From a virus: a stretch of DNA of 64,000 nt. The position numbers and the translations under genes were made by a program. Below, piece by piece: positions 1-10,476 of this stretch (positions are counted from its first letter, which is position 1; the number at the start of each line of letters is the position of its first letter). The stretch lies in the IMG/VR virus record IMGVR_UViG_3300023094_000009, positions 32,001-96,000 of that record, one strand, 5' to 3'. Below the pieces are notes generated by a model. It was not told where the DNA came from and ran no database searches. It worked only from the letters and a program-made list of their open reading frames with translations.

Positions 1-253
1 TGAATACCGATATGAATCACTTGTATCATGCTAGAACAAATATGTTGATGGACATTGCAAAAATTAAAGAAAAATCTGATAACCTAACTGCTGAAGTACT
101 AGATAATGGCTTGAACAATATAGCTCATGCAACTTTAACTGGTCTAACGAGAGTTGCTAAAACAACTGGTGGAAGAAGGCCTTCTATAACTTGGGCAGGA
201 TAAAACTGAAAATAAAACCCTTGAAGTGTAAACCAAATTAAAATCGTAAAGTA

Positions 254-697
254 ATGAATCTAAAGAAAAATAGTTGGCATTCAGCCTTAGTACAATCAAC
301 GTATGGAGAGGGTTCGTTGCCTCAGAGTTTATGCCCTTATTTCTGGAAACTTTTATTTGCGATTTTAGTCATTCCTTTTACATTTATAGCGCATATTGTA
401 AATTTAATTTGTAGAGATTATGTGGTTAACGGCACTCCTTCAGTTATCTTTCTATTTCTCACTCTTGCTTTTAGTAATTTTTATGTTCCAAAAGGAGTTA
501 CATACTTTAGTTTTTGGTGGGTTTTGTGGGGATTTTTAACTCTATGTGCTGTGGTAGGAGTAGTTGCCCTAATTATATGGTTATTTTGTATTCTAGAAGA
601 AAGATCTGAACGAAAACAAGCTAAAAAGCCGAACATCCTAGTCGAATCATTCAAAGCCTTCAAAGGGAAATATTGTCCTAAAATTACTTGGAAATGA
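254..697 (+). CDS. hypothetical membrane protein
   Basis: 147 aa ORF with about 3 hydrophobic segments. Confidence 0.7.
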   Translation: MNLKKNSWHSALVQSTYGEGSLPQSLCPYFWKLLFAILVIPFTFIAHIVNLICRDYVVNGTPSVIFLFLTLAFSNFYVPKGVTYFSFWWVLWGFLTLCAVVGVVALIIWLFCILEERSERKQAKKPNILVESFKAFKGKYCPKITWK

Positions 698-948
698 TTT
701 ACAGATGGCTACCATTAATATTTGTTGTTTCAACAGTTTTGTTTTTGATGTGTTTATCTCTTTTGCCAGAAAAGAAACTGTATCAGTACAAGGGGAAAAC
801 ATACAAGATTAAGAAACAATACTACAAAGCACTCAAACATCCTACAACACGAGAATGGGTGGATTTTGTAGAGTACAAACAAATAGAGAGCGGAGAGACT
901 TATTTCCGTGAAGCAGAAGAGTTTTTTAAGTTATTTCAAGAGATGTAA
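688..948 (+). CDS. membrane-anchored protein with DUF1653-like domain
   Basis: N-terminal TM segment, then YQYKGKTY...VEYKQ...YFREAEEFFKLF resembling the DUF1653 pattern. Confidence 0.45.
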   Translation: MEMIYRWLPLIFVVSTVLFLMCLSLLPEKKLYQYKGKTYKIKKQYYKALKHPTTREWVDFVEYKQIESGETYFREAEEFFKLFQEM

Positions 949-1162
949 TTATGGCAACATATAGATATGGTAAGTGGGAAAGTTGGGATGGATTTAAATA
1001 TTTCTCAATTGAACGGAAAACACTATTTGGCTGGAAAGAAGAAAAGTATTGGGGTCTATCACATTTCGACTCTCACTCGCCAGAGACAGAAGAACAACAA
1101 AAGAAATTAATGATGGAATCTGTAGAAAGATTAGTTAGAGCAGGTCATACAGTTTTGTAAAT

Positions 1163-1879
1163 ATGAAAAAGATTATCATTGGCTCAACAGCCATTAAGCA
1201 TTGGTATCCCGATTTCAATAGAGAGCCTAAAGATTTGGATTATGCTGTTGATTGTCCCCAAGCCAGAAGTGAAGAGAAAGGCATGGAATACTTGTATAAT
1301 CCGATTTTATTTTACTCTGGCGAATACTTGAATCCATCTGCTCTATTGACATTAAAAGTGAGCCACTTATTCTGGGAGACAAACTTTGACAAGCATATGT
1401 GGGACGTTCAGTTTCTACTTGGTAAAGGTTTAGAGTGGGACTTGGAACTGATGAATAAGCTTATGACTTTTTGGGATAATTATTTACCGCAAGTAAAGAG
1501 AAGTAAACTGAATTCAAGCAAGGAAGATTTCTTCACAAACGCCATAAACAAGGATGAAGATGAACACGACTCTCTGCACGAAAAGCTAGCTGAATTTCCG
1601 GCATACAAAAAAATTCTAAAACCAAACTGTGAAGTAGAAGTATGTGAAGAGAAATGGAACAACCTGACAGAGCAAGAAAAAAGAGATGTGATTGAAGAGG
1701 AAACCTACGTCATGCAACATGAAAGGTACAATGGAAAATTACACCACATTCCTGCTTACAGAAGGCAATTAAGGGATAATATTATAAAGCACTTTCCGAA
1801 ATTTGTAGCTTTATATGCAATCAAGAATTTTAAAACTTTTATAAACCCGCCTCAAGCTTTTGAAGGCAAATTAGATTAA
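1163..1879 (+). CDS. phage nucleotidyltransferase-like protein
   Basis: N-terminal IIIGSTAIKHW...PKDLDY matches the hGS...DxD Pol-beta superfamily motif. Confidence 0.6.
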   Translation: MKKIIIGSTAIKHWYPDFNREPKDLDYAVDCPQARSEEKGMEYLYNPILFYSGEYLNPSALLTLKVSHLFWETNFDKHMWDVQFLLGKGLEWDLELMNKLMTFWDNYLPQVKRSKLNSSKEDFFTNAINKDEDEHDSLHEKLAEFPAYKKILKPNCEVEVCEEKWNNLTEQEKRDVIEEETYVMQHERYNGKLHHIPAYRRQLRDNIIKHFPKFVALYAIKNFKTFINPPQAFEGKLD

Positions 1880-1882
1880 CAA

Positions 1883-2167
1883 ATGGTAGACTACAAAAAG
1901 TTGAATGAAGTATTTTCTATCCTAAATTCTTACTCATTAGGGAGGAGGTACAGACAAGTGGCTTCTGATGAAGATTCTAAGTATGGAGGTTCTCTGGATC
2001 AAGGAGAGATGGCAGAAAAGTGGTCAGTTTTTGATATTGGAGATCCTGATGGATATTTCCTTAAAATCACAGAACAGACGAATTCTTATGGTGAGGAAAG
2101 GGGTGTAAGCAAAATTGAATTTGTAAAAGGCAAAGAAAAAACTGTAATAACTTATGAGTATGAATAA
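1883..2167 (+). CDS. hypothetical protein (paralogous family A)
   Basis: C-terminal EFVKGKEKTVITYE motif shared with the two following ORFs. Confidence 0.7.
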   Translation: MVDYKKLNEVFSILNSYSLGRRYRQVASDEDSKYGGSLDQGEMAEKWSVFDIGDPDGYFLKITEQTNSYGEERGVSKIEFVKGKEKTVITYEYE

Positions 2168-2480
2168 GGAAACAATAGAACAAGCAATCAAAGATAATTT
2201 TGAGGATAATTGGAGTTTTCACTATTCAGACTACAGTTTGGAAAATTCTGATTACGCCAAATTTGCAGAAATAACAGAATTGGAATTTGTCTCCAACGAA
2301 GATGTAGAAGAGTATGATTCCTATGGCAGTGAAGATTCAACTTTGAAGAGAGTCTTTAGGCACATTCCATCTGATACATATTTCATGTTCAAAGGAACGC
2401 GATGCTCTTATCAGGGAGAAGAATGGAATGATATTGTAGAAGTGCAACCAAAAACTAAAACAACAACAATTTATGAATAA
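2160..2480 (+). CDS. hypothetical protein (paralogous family A)
   Basis: GTRCSYQG...EVQPKTKTTTIYE. Confidence 0.7.
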   Translation: MNKETIEQAIKDNFEDNWSFHYSDYSLENSDYAKFAEITELEFVSNEDVEEYDSYGSEDSTLKRVFRHIPSDTYFMFKGTRCSYQGEEWNDIVEVQPKTKTTTIYE

Positions 2481-2940
2481 GCTGACAGCAGAAGAGATTC
2501 TTAAAATCGTAGAAGAGAATTATTCAATAGATGACTTCGCACATGGTGAGTGGCTAGAGTGTGAGACAGAGGTTGAAACATCAGATCTTAAAGAGTTGGA
2601 TGAGAAGAGAAGCACTTTTCACACAGAGAACATAAAAAACAAGAATATTCCTTACAATTCAGAGAATGAAGTTTGGAAATCCTATCAAAGTATGCCTCGC
2701 TCATATGATGTTCATAAGCAACGAATTCTAGAAAAACTTGGACTAGGTAAAATTGTTGAAATAGATCAAGTTGGAGGTGAATCTATGGGAGATCACTGGC
2801 ACTCTGTTAAGCATTTTGTTGACCATGATGTTTATATCAAAACCATTGGGACTTATTCATCCTATGAAGGGACAAGTTTTTATAACGGATATGGAAAGGA
2901 AGTCAAACCACAAGAAAAGACAATTACAGTTTATAATTAA
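2473..2940 (+). CDS. hypothetical protein (paralogous family A)
   Basis: GTYSSYEG...EVKPQEKTITVYN. Confidence 0.7.
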   Translation: MNKLTAEEILKIVEENYSIDDFAHGEWLECETEVETSDLKELDEKRSTFHTENIKNKNIPYNSENEVWKSYQSMPRSYDVHKQRILEKLGLGKIVEIDQVGGESMGDHWHSVKHFVDHDVYIKTIGTYSSYEGTSFYNGYGKEVKPQEKTITVYN

Positions 2941-2950
2941 TCAAATAAAG

Positions 2951-3328
2951 ATGCAAGAAGAAAAAGACCAAAATCCGGCAAAAGAAAAAGGAAAATCTGA
3001 GATTTTACCCTCTGAAAAACAAACATCTGTATCAGAAATGACAGAACTAATTGACAAAAGAGTAGAGAAACTATTCCAAGACAATCCAGAACTACAAGAA
3101 CTGGAAAAGACAATGTATGATCCAAAAGAGAAAGTGGTTGTCACAGGAGAGTTCATGAATACATTGATTAATATTTTGTCCAATAAAGATACGCAGAAGC
3201 AGAATATGAGTTTGGCTTTTGGAGGTCTTTATAGACAAATTGAGATCAATGAACTAGCTGACTCTTCTTTGACCGAATTGGCTTTGACAGAGCACGTGAA
3301 AAACTTGAAAAAGAAGAAGTTTAAGTAA
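2951..3328 (+). CDS. hypothetical protein
   Basis: ATG at 2951 follows the previous stop; in frame with track ORF 2771..3328. Confidence 0.6.
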   Translation: MQEEKDQNPAKEKGKSEILPSEKQTSVSEMTELIDKRVEKLFQDNPELQELEKTMYDPKEKVVVTGEFMNTLINILSNKDTQKQNMSLAFGGLYRQIEINELADSSLTELALTEHVKNLKKKKFK

Positions 3329-3899
3329 CATGTGGGAGCTAAGAAAGACAGGAGATGAGAATTTCTTGAAAACATCCGCAGAAGTTGGTTGGGTGGAGTT
3401 TAATGAAAGCGGTATGTTTAAAGAAAAACATGATACTCCTAAAATCGCGACGTCTCTCCTCATGTCTCCTTTCAATGTTTATTTCACTTGGCAGACTACT
3501 TTAGTGAAGGAAATTATTTCGGTGAGTGAAGAAAGAATCCATTTCAGGACGGAGAATAGTGAGTATGAATTGAGATTTACAGGTGTATGACAGATAATCA
3601 TGGAAATAAGATAGGTACTATGAAGCCTAATACAAAGTACTTAATGGTGAAAGATATTTATTTTCCATCTGTGGGTGTTGACCTAAAAAAGGGAGAAACG
3701 TATACAACTGATAACGAAGGCCTTCTAACATCCTCTAAGATAAAGGGCATTAACTTCAGTTATATACAGGAAGTCAGTACTACAATTCCGGCAGAAGAAA
3801 CTGAAAAATAAACTTTTCAATAAATTTGCCAAAACGAGAAAGATTGTTTAACTTAGTAGCCCCTATTAAAATTCTTTGGTGGGGGCTTAATTATTTATA

Positions 3900-4142
3900 A
3901 TGGGGCTGATAAAATTTGAAAAAGAAGGATGTGCACCTTGCAAAGCATTAACAGAATGGCTTAAAGAAAACAATATAGAATACGCTTCTTACAACATCAT
4001 GGATAATCTACGTATGGTAAAACAGTATAACTTGAAGTCAGTTCCTGTCTTGATTAGTCTGGACGGAGAATTTGAGAATGGACGAGTGATAGGATTTAGT
4101 GAAAGTAAAATAGAAGAAATTAAAACTTTGGTGGGACTATGA
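3900..4142 (+). CDS. thioredoxin/glutaredoxin-like (NrdH-like) redoxin
   Basis: CAPC active site, cis-Pro motif SVP, adjacent to the RNR genes. Confidence 0.85.
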   Translation: MGLIKFEKEGCAPCKALTEWLKENNIEYASYNIMDNLRMVKQYNLKSVPVLISLDGEFENGRVIGFSESKIEEIKTLVGL

Positions 4143-5113
4143 AAGACATATTTAGAAAAGAGGAATCCTTAGCAGAAGATGATTACCCAGATTTGATTAA
4201 ATATGCACATGCTATACACGAAAGTTTTTGGACTCCTGAGCATTTTAAATATGATAGAGATGTAAGCGATTTCAATATTGTTTTAAATGATAATGAAAAG
4301 CAAGTAATGCAACGGTTGATGCTTGCTATTGCAAACGTGGAAAACAAGGTGAAAACTATGTGGGCGCGTTTAGATATGAGAATCCCAAAAGGAACTATTG
4401 CTGATGTTGCTCATACTTTTGCGGGGAACGAATGTATCCACAAAATGACATATGCAAAACTACTTGATTTACTGGGACTTAGAGAAAGTTTTAAGACTCT
4501 TGGAGAAGTTCCTTGTATGGAAGGTAGGGCAAAATACTTAACAAAATATTTGGAAGGGCTTAGTTCTAGATCAAATAAAGAGTTTACAAAATCTTTGATA
4601 CTCTTTATATCCCTCATAGAAAATTCATCTCTCTTCTCACAATTTGCTTGCATAGCTTCTTTTAGTAGGTACAAGAATATCATGAGTAATTTCAACACTG
4701 TGGTTTCCGCGACGGGACGTGAGGAGCAACTTCATGGGCAATTTGGAGCAGAGCTAATAAAGATTATTCGTACTGAAAATCCTGAGTGGTTTGACGAGGA
4801 AATGGAAGCTAAAATCAGGCGAAATATTAGAAAAGCTTACAAAGCAGAATGCGAAGTACTTGATTGGGTCTTTGAAGGTGGGGAACTAGACTTCCTAAGT
4901 AAAGAGGAATTAGTAGAGTATTTAAAATACAGATTCAATGTAAGTTTGAAGCAGTTAGGTTATGAGGCAGAATATGAAATAAACGAGGAGAAACTTTCAA
5001 AGTTAGAGTTTTTTGAAAGGCAGACAAAATGTTCCATAAGTTTTGACTTTTTTGACAGCAAATCAAGTGAATACTCAGAAACAAATATGATAACAGAAGA
5101 TGACTGGAACTAA
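4139..5113 (+). CDS. nrdB: ribonucleotide reductase beta subunit (class Id-like)
   Basis: ferritin-like ligands E68, E98-x-x-H101, Y105, SLIEN, REEQLH; FWTPE motif. Confidence 0.93.
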   Translation: MKDIFRKEESLAEDDYPDLIKYAHAIHESFWTPEHFKYDRDVSDFNIVLNDNEKQVMQRLMLAIANVENKVKTMWARLDMRIPKGTIADVAHTFAGNECIHKMTYAKLLDLLGLRESFKTLGEVPCMEGRAKYLTKYLEGLSSRSNKEFTKSLILFISLIENSSLFSQFACIASFSRYKNIMSNFNTVVSATGREEQLHGQFGAELIKIIRTENPEWFDEEMEAKIRRNIRKAYKAECEVLDWVFEGGELDFLSKEELVEYLKYRFNVSLKQLGYEAEYEINEEKLSKLEFFERQTKCSISFDFFDSKSSEYSETNMITEDDWN

Positions 5114-5117
5114 AATT

Positions 5118-6812
5118 ATGAAATTAGATTGGATAAAGGATGACCAACGTACTTTTTTAGAAAGGGGGTATTTAGATGCAGGAGAATCTCCTGAGCAAAG
5201 ACTCCAAACTATTTGTGATACTGTCCAAAAGTATTGTGATCAGATGGGTAAAACAGAGTACACTAATAACATTGGTGAAAGATTTGTAAACTATTTTGAA
5301 AAAGGATGGGTGTCCTTGTCGACCCCTGTACTGAAGAATTTTGGTAAAGTAGATAATTTACCCATATCTTGTAATTTTAGCATTCTTGATGATAGTCTAG
5401 ATGACATTTATAAAGGATTACATGAGGTAGGGATGTTGGCTAAACACGGAGCAGGTACGGCAGTTAATTTTTCTGATATTCGTCCTGAAGGTAGCGATAT
5501 TTCAACAGGAGGTAAATCTAATACAGTTTTGGATTGGATTGAGTTATATGCTGACATGATGTCCAAAACTGCTCAAAACTCAGCTAGGAGAGGCTTTCTA
5601 ACTGCGTATTTAAGTGTAGATCACCCAGAGATAATGAATTTTCTAGATATCGGCACAAGAAGAATCCCTACGGAAAAGCAAAGATTTTTTCAAACAATCA
5701 CTACAGCAGTAACTTTACCAGAAGGTTGGAGAGAGGATGTTAAGACCAATGCTAAAAAAAGGGAAATTTTTACAAAGATTCTGAATACAAGGAAGGAAGC
5801 AGGATTTCCTTATATCTTGGACGAAACAAACTGTAATAAAGGTATTTGCCAGGCTTACTTAGATAAAGGGCTGAAAATTCGATCTAGTAATATTTGTATT
5901 GAGGCTATGGAATATGCTGATTACGAAAAGACTTTTGCTTGTTGCCTATCCTCTGTAAATTTGTATTACTACGATGATTGGAAAGGTTCTGAGACTTTTA
6001 TTAAGGATATGTCAATTCTTTTGGATTGTGTAATAGAAGAATACATTGAAAAGGGTTCGCATCTTCCGGGACTAGAAAAAGCTATAAAATTTTCTAAAGA
6101 ACATAGAGCCACTGGCTTAGGTGTGACAGCTTTTGTTTCTTATCTGCAAAAAAATAGTATTCCTTTTGGATCTCTTGAAAGTTTTGCTCTAAACGATGAA
6201 ATCTTTTCTCTTTTAAGAAGAGAGTCTGATAAAGCTTCGAAATGGATGGCAGAAGTTTGGGGGGAACCTGAAATCCTTAAAGGTTATGGCGAAAGGAATA
6301 CTAGTCGAATGGCACAAGCTCCTAAAAAAAGCACTACATTTATTGATGGGGGTTCATTCTTATCTTTAAGTGAAGGTATAGAACCTCATAAAAGTAATTA
6401 CAACGAGAAAAAATTGGCAAAAATTCAAGTTGAATTTAAAAATCGAGAGTTGCAGAAAATTCTCCAAGATTTAGGAAAAGATAGTCGTGATGTTTGGGAA
6501 TCTATTATGGAAAACAATGGATCTGTGCAACACTTGGATTTTTTATCTGAGCATCATAAAGATGTATTTAAAACTTTTAGCGAAATATCACAGGTAGATG
6601 TAATAGATTTGGCTGCTCAAAGAGGTAAATATATAGACATGGGACAATCTGTAAACATTATGATACACCCTGACACTCCTGCTAAAGATGTAATTAAATT
6701 GCATTTAGATAGCTTTGAAAAAGGTTTGAAATCCTTATACTATCAGTATAGTATAAATTCAGCTCAGGAGTTTAATAAAAATTTAACTACTTGTTCAACT
6801 TGTGAAGGATAG
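5118..6812 (+). CDS. nrdA: ribonucleotide reductase alpha subunit (no ATP cone)
   Basis: STPVL, PISCN, SNICIE (NxCxE), KSLYY, C-terminal CSTCEG. Confidence 0.95.
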   Translation: MKLDWIKDDQRTFLERGYLDAGESPEQRLQTICDTVQKYCDQMGKTEYTNNIGERFVNYFEKGWVSLSTPVLKNFGKVDNLPISCNFSILDDSLDDIYKGLHEVGMLAKHGAGTAVNFSDIRPEGSDISTGGKSNTVLDWIELYADMMSKTAQNSARRGFLTAYLSVDHPEIMNFLDIGTRRIPTEKQRFFQTITTAVTLPEGWREDVKTNAKKREIFTKILNTRKEAGFPYILDETNCNKGICQAYLDKGLKIRSSNICIEAMEYADYEKTFACCLSSVNLYYYDDWKGSETFIKDMSILLDCVIEEYIEKGSHLPGLEKAIKFSKEHRATGLGVTAFVSYLQKNSIPFGSLESFALNDEIFSLLRRESDKASKWMAEVWGEPEILKGYGERNTSRMAQAPKKSTTFIDGGSFLSLSEGIEPHKSNYNEKKLAKIQVEFKNRELQKILQDLGKDSRDVWESIMENNGSVQHLDFLSEHHKDVFKTFSEISQVDVIDLAAQRGKYIDMGQSVNIMIHPDTPAKDVIKLHLDSFEKGLKSLYYQYSINSAQEFNKNLTTCSTCEG

Positions 6813-7695
6813 TGGGAGAATTTGTGGTATATACAAGATAATCTCTCCTAGTAATAGAGTTTACATAGGTCAGAGTGTGGATGTAAAATCTAGATGGCGT
6901 ACTTATCTTTCCCTTAGTACAGGAAATAAAGGGCAAATACTTCTTTACAAATCATTGACTAAGTATTCTCCAGAAAAGCACACATTTGAAATTATAGAAG
7001 AGTGTTCAGTAGAAGATTTGAATTGTCGTGAAAGATACTGGCAGGATTTTTATGATGTCTTGAATGGAGGATTGAATTTGGTTCTACAGGAGTGTGGGGA
7101 GCAGAGGCGAATTTTTTCACAAGAATCATCAGAAAGAAAAAGTATAGCATCTTCAGGAGAAAGAAATGGTATGTACGGAAGATGCGGAGAATTGAATCCT
7201 AATTGGGGTAAAATTGTTTCAGAGGAGATTAGGAAACAACAATCAGAACGTATGAAAGGTAAATACACAGGTACTAAAAATCCTTTTTATGGAAAAGAGC
7301 ACACAAGTGAAACAAAAGAGCTTTTATCTGAGAATGCTAAGAAAAAAGTAGGAGTACTTAATCCTTTCTATGGTAAGTCCCATACAGAGGATTACAAAAT
7401 TAAATCCTCTAAAAGAACTTCTGAATTTTTCAAAAATAATCCCCACGCAAAACAACATCTCAAAGAATTGTATTCTATAGGCGTTTACCACACCCCGCAA
7501 GGTGAGTTTATATCTCAAAGAGATGCTGCTAGAGGAAATAATGTTACAAGAAATCTTATAAAAAGTAGGTGTGTAAAAAATTCAGACAAACCTGTAGGTT
7601 TCAATTATCAAACGCCTGTCGAGTTTAGAGGAGAAAAAACTTGGAAACAACATGGTTGGTATTTTACAGGAAAAGAAACTTCCTGTGCTGACTAA
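6802..7695 (+). CDS. GIY-YIG homing endonuclease with NUMOD3 repeats
   Basis: CGIYKI...VYIGQS...R; repeated NPFYGKxH motifs; lies directly after nrdA. Confidence 0.9.
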   Translation: MKDSGRICGIYKIISPSNRVYIGQSVDVKSRWRTYLSLSTGNKGQILLYKSLTKYSPEKHTFEIIEECSVEDLNCRERYWQDFYDVLNGGLNLVLQECGEQRRIFSQESSERKSIASSGERNGMYGRCGELNPNWGKIVSEEIRKQQSERMKGKYTGTKNPFYGKEHTSETKELLSENAKKKVGVLNPFYGKSHTEDYKIKSSKRTSEFFKNNPHAKQHLKELYSIGVYHTPQGEFISQRDAARGNNVTRNLIKSRCVKNSDKPVGFNYQTPVEFRGEKTWKQHGWYFTGKETSCAD

Positions 7696-7720
7696 AAGTG
7701 TTTACTACTACTTTACCTAC

Positions 7721-7756
7721 AAGCCTTCTCTATTCATTTAGGGAGGGCTTTTATTT
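7721..7756 (+). terminator. intrinsic terminator
   Basis: AAGCCTTCTCTA/TAGGGAGGGCTT stem followed by a T-rich tail. Confidence 0.75.
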
Positions 7757-7793
7757 GCTTTGTTTTCAGTGTTTTACGCCGAAATCTTAGTAA

Positions 7794-7839
7794 TTAACAT
7801 CTCGTTAACATTTCCAACAAGTATTTGTACATACCTTTG
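7794..7839 (+). promoter_or_regulatory. promoter: TTAAC-N6-TTAAC box plus Bacteroidota -7 element
   Basis: TTAACatctcgTTAACA, 21 nt, TACCTTTG. Confidence 0.7.
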
Positions 7840-7854
7840 TAAAAAAGAAAGATC

Positions 7855-8034
7855 ATGGAACTCTTAGAAGAAATTCAAGATAGGATAAGTAGGCATTATG
7901 TTAATTGCCCTGATTGCGAAGATGTGTATTCTGATGATCAATATACTTGCACAACTTGTTGGAATCAAGGCGGACAAGGTGAGATTAATGTACTAGACTT
8001 TATCAAAAATAACCCTGAAATATTAGAACTGTGA
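7855..8034 (+). CDS. small zinc-finger protein
   Basis: 59 aa, below the track cutoff; CPDC...CTTC; first gene after the promoter. Confidence 0.6.
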   Translation: MELLEEIQDRISRHYVNCPDCEDVYSDDQYTCTTCWNQGGQGEINVLDFIKNNPEILEL

Positions 8035-8207
8035 AACACAAAACAAATACTCAGGTTTTAGAAAGAGCTAGAGAAGTAGCAGAAGCTCTTTATAATATTC
8101 AGTAAGAAGCAAACACGCTTAAAATAGAACTGAATAAAAGAAAATTTACGCAAGATCAAGAAGAAAAATACGACTTGTTAAGTTTACTAGAAGAATTAGA
8201 TTACTAA
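8031..8207 (+). pseudogene. interrupted paralog of 8957..9139
   Basis: aligns along its length with the 60 aa ORF; in-frame TAA at 8103-8105 where the paralog has Gln. Confidence 0.7.
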
Positions 8208-8956
8208 AAAACAAAACGCTATGGAATATTCTACAAAAAGAGACGAAGAACAAACTGAGGTAAAAAGACTAACAATTTACATTGGTGAGGACAGATACCA
8301 TTTAGAAGAATCTGTTGATGGAAAGTTGAACATAACCAAGATTTCAGATGGAGGTACAGACAGGATGAATGTTAATCCAAGGTATTCTAATCAAATTGAA
8401 TTATCATGAAAAATGATCAATTAGTGACATCTAAAATCGCTTACTTAGCTAAAGAGAAAGGATTTGACCTTAGAACCAAGTCTTACTATATAGAGGAAAA
8501 GTTAATTGATTATGCAACAACCATGGATGGAGTAATTGTAGAGTCTTGGGATCATAATCATTCCTTTTTAGATAGAGCTTCTGCTCCTACGATACAAGAA
8601 TTACAAGATTGGCTGAGGGAAGAATTTGAGCAAAGGCTAAGATCAGAAGAAGGTCTAACCAAACTAATAAAAAGACTGAAATAAAGCACTATGGAAAATT
8701 ATTCAATCACACTAGCAGATAGTGGAATCTATATGCTGATATTTAATACAACGGAGAGATGGACAGATTACCACAGATATTCAAACACTGTGTATGACAT
8801 TGGAAGTACTACTTATTTAGAGATAGAAGAGTTTCTTCCTGGTAATGTTAAATATGTAGTTACGAATGTTCAAGATAAAGATCAGATTGTGTTTTACTTT
8901 ATTCCACGTGATTTGGTTTTGAAAGGGCGGAAAGTTTTATTTACATCAAACAAACT

Positions 8957-9139
8957 ATGAAAGAGAAAACTAATATTGAAATTCTGAAAAGATCCCGAGA
9001 AGTGGCGGAACAGTTATACAATTTAAGACAAGAGTCTTATCAGCTATCACGAGAATTAGAGAGTAGGAAATTTACTCAAAAGCAGGAAGAAGATTATGAT
9101 TTGTTAAGTCTTATGGATGAGTTAAATTTTGAATTATGA
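8957..9139 (+). CDS. hypothetical protein
   Basis: 60 aa ORF; intact paralog of 8031..8207. Confidence 0.65.
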   Translation: MKEKTNIEILKRSREVAEQLYNLRQESYQLSRELESRKFTQKQEEDYDLLSLMDELNFEL

Positions 9140-9594
9140 CAGAAATAGTAGAAATTAAAGGAAATATTATAACTGTTAAATGGACACCAAACAAACTCCT
9201 AAAATTATTTGGCTTCAAAGAAAAGACAACCACCTACTTACATAGAGGGGAAACTTATATTTTTGGTGGAGGTTATGTATGGTATGAAAAAGAAACTGGT
9301 AAGATGTACGGTAAGTGTGAATATCTTGATACTGCATTAAGAAAACAAAATTGGAATTAGATGAATAAAAACAGACTAAGAAAAGAAAATGTACACAGGC
9401 TTTACAAGAAAGAAATTGAAAGTTTCTGGAATGCATTGTCTGTTGGAAGGAAAGAAGGAGATAAGCGTGTTATGAGAGTATCTGATAATGGTGTTCTTTG
9501 TATAAAGTTTTTTGTTAATGAGGAGTGGGATTGAATAGGGAAAATTTATAATTTTCTTTTCCAGTTCTTTTTATTGCCGAAATTTAGATAAAGT

Positions 9595-10476
9595 ATGAAA
9601 AAAGAAGAAGTATGTGTGTTTATTGACAGCCTGTCTGAACGTGAAGAAGCTATCAAAATTTTGCAAAAAGCGGGATTAAAAATGGGCGATATGACCCTGA
9701 CCTATGATTATAGTTATCTTAGAACAGATGAGGGGGATGATGTATGGTATATTGCTTGTGAAACTTTAGGTCGTATAAAAATAACTTTGAGTCAATTTGA
9801 AGAAATATTATCAAAGGATCAAGATGAGTACGAAACAGAATTGATGATAAATACTTGTGAGCGTGCAGCAAAAAACAAAAGTGAATACAGAGTCAAAACC
9901 AAAGAAGAGTTTGAAGCTACTTGCGAAAGAACTATTGACGGAAGTGATTCCTATGTATGCGGAGAATCCAAGTTTCATCTTGAAGATATGTCACATTTAT
10001 GTGGCTTAAATTTGACCTTAGAGCAATCTGATCCCCTCTTACAAGCAGGTGAACCTATTAGTCTTAAAGGTATGGGTAACTGGTATTTTACAAAAGAAAT
10101 GATTACACCGATCCTAAATGTTGATTTAGTTGATACCGAAAAATTTCAAAACATAACACCAAGTACAAGTTGTAAGATTAGTAGGTTGGATGAAAGTTGG
10201 GGCAAAAAAGAAACTGAAAACAAGGTAGACTACTCAGAAATAAACCTAGACATTCTAGACCTAATGGCTAAGAGAATGAATGCCAATAAGCATAAATATC
10301 CAGAAGGAAATAGTAAGAGAGAATTGAACGTAAAAGATCTGGAATGGGCTTTATTCAGACATCTAAAGAAAATGATTAAACCTATAGAAGGAGATGTAGA
10401 GAGTTATGAAGATCATTTGAGTGCTATTTTATGTAATGCGTCTATGATATTGGATCAATTGCAGAGGAAGGGTTGA
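9595..10476 (+). CDS. multidomain protein with C-terminal dATP/dGTP diphosphohydrolase-like (DUF5664) domain
   Basis: KVDYS...KYPEGN...ALFRHL...DHLSAILCNA pattern. Confidence 0.65.
   Translation: MKKEEVCVFIDSLSEREEAIKILQKAGLKMGDMTLTYDYSYLRTDEGDDVWYIACETLGRIKITLSQFEEILSKDQDEYETELMINTCERAAKNKSEYRVKTKEEFEATCERTIDGSDSYVCGESKFHLEDMSHLCGLNLTLEQSDPLLQAGEPISLKGMGNWYFTKEMITPILNVDLVDTEKFQNITPSTSCKISRLDESWGKKETENKVDYSEINLDILDLMAKRMNANKHKYPEGNSKRELNVKDLEWALFRHLKKMIKPIEGDVESYEDHLSAILCNASMILDQLQRKG

Noticed and set aside
5118-7695. Group I intron or intein in nrdA or polA
   Set aside because: Both ORFs are continuous, of normal length and have all motifs; the endonucleases lie outside them
9595-10476. 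Z-genome (2-aminoadenine) pathway
   Set aside because: Only a DUF5664-like domain is present; no purZ or datZ in the window
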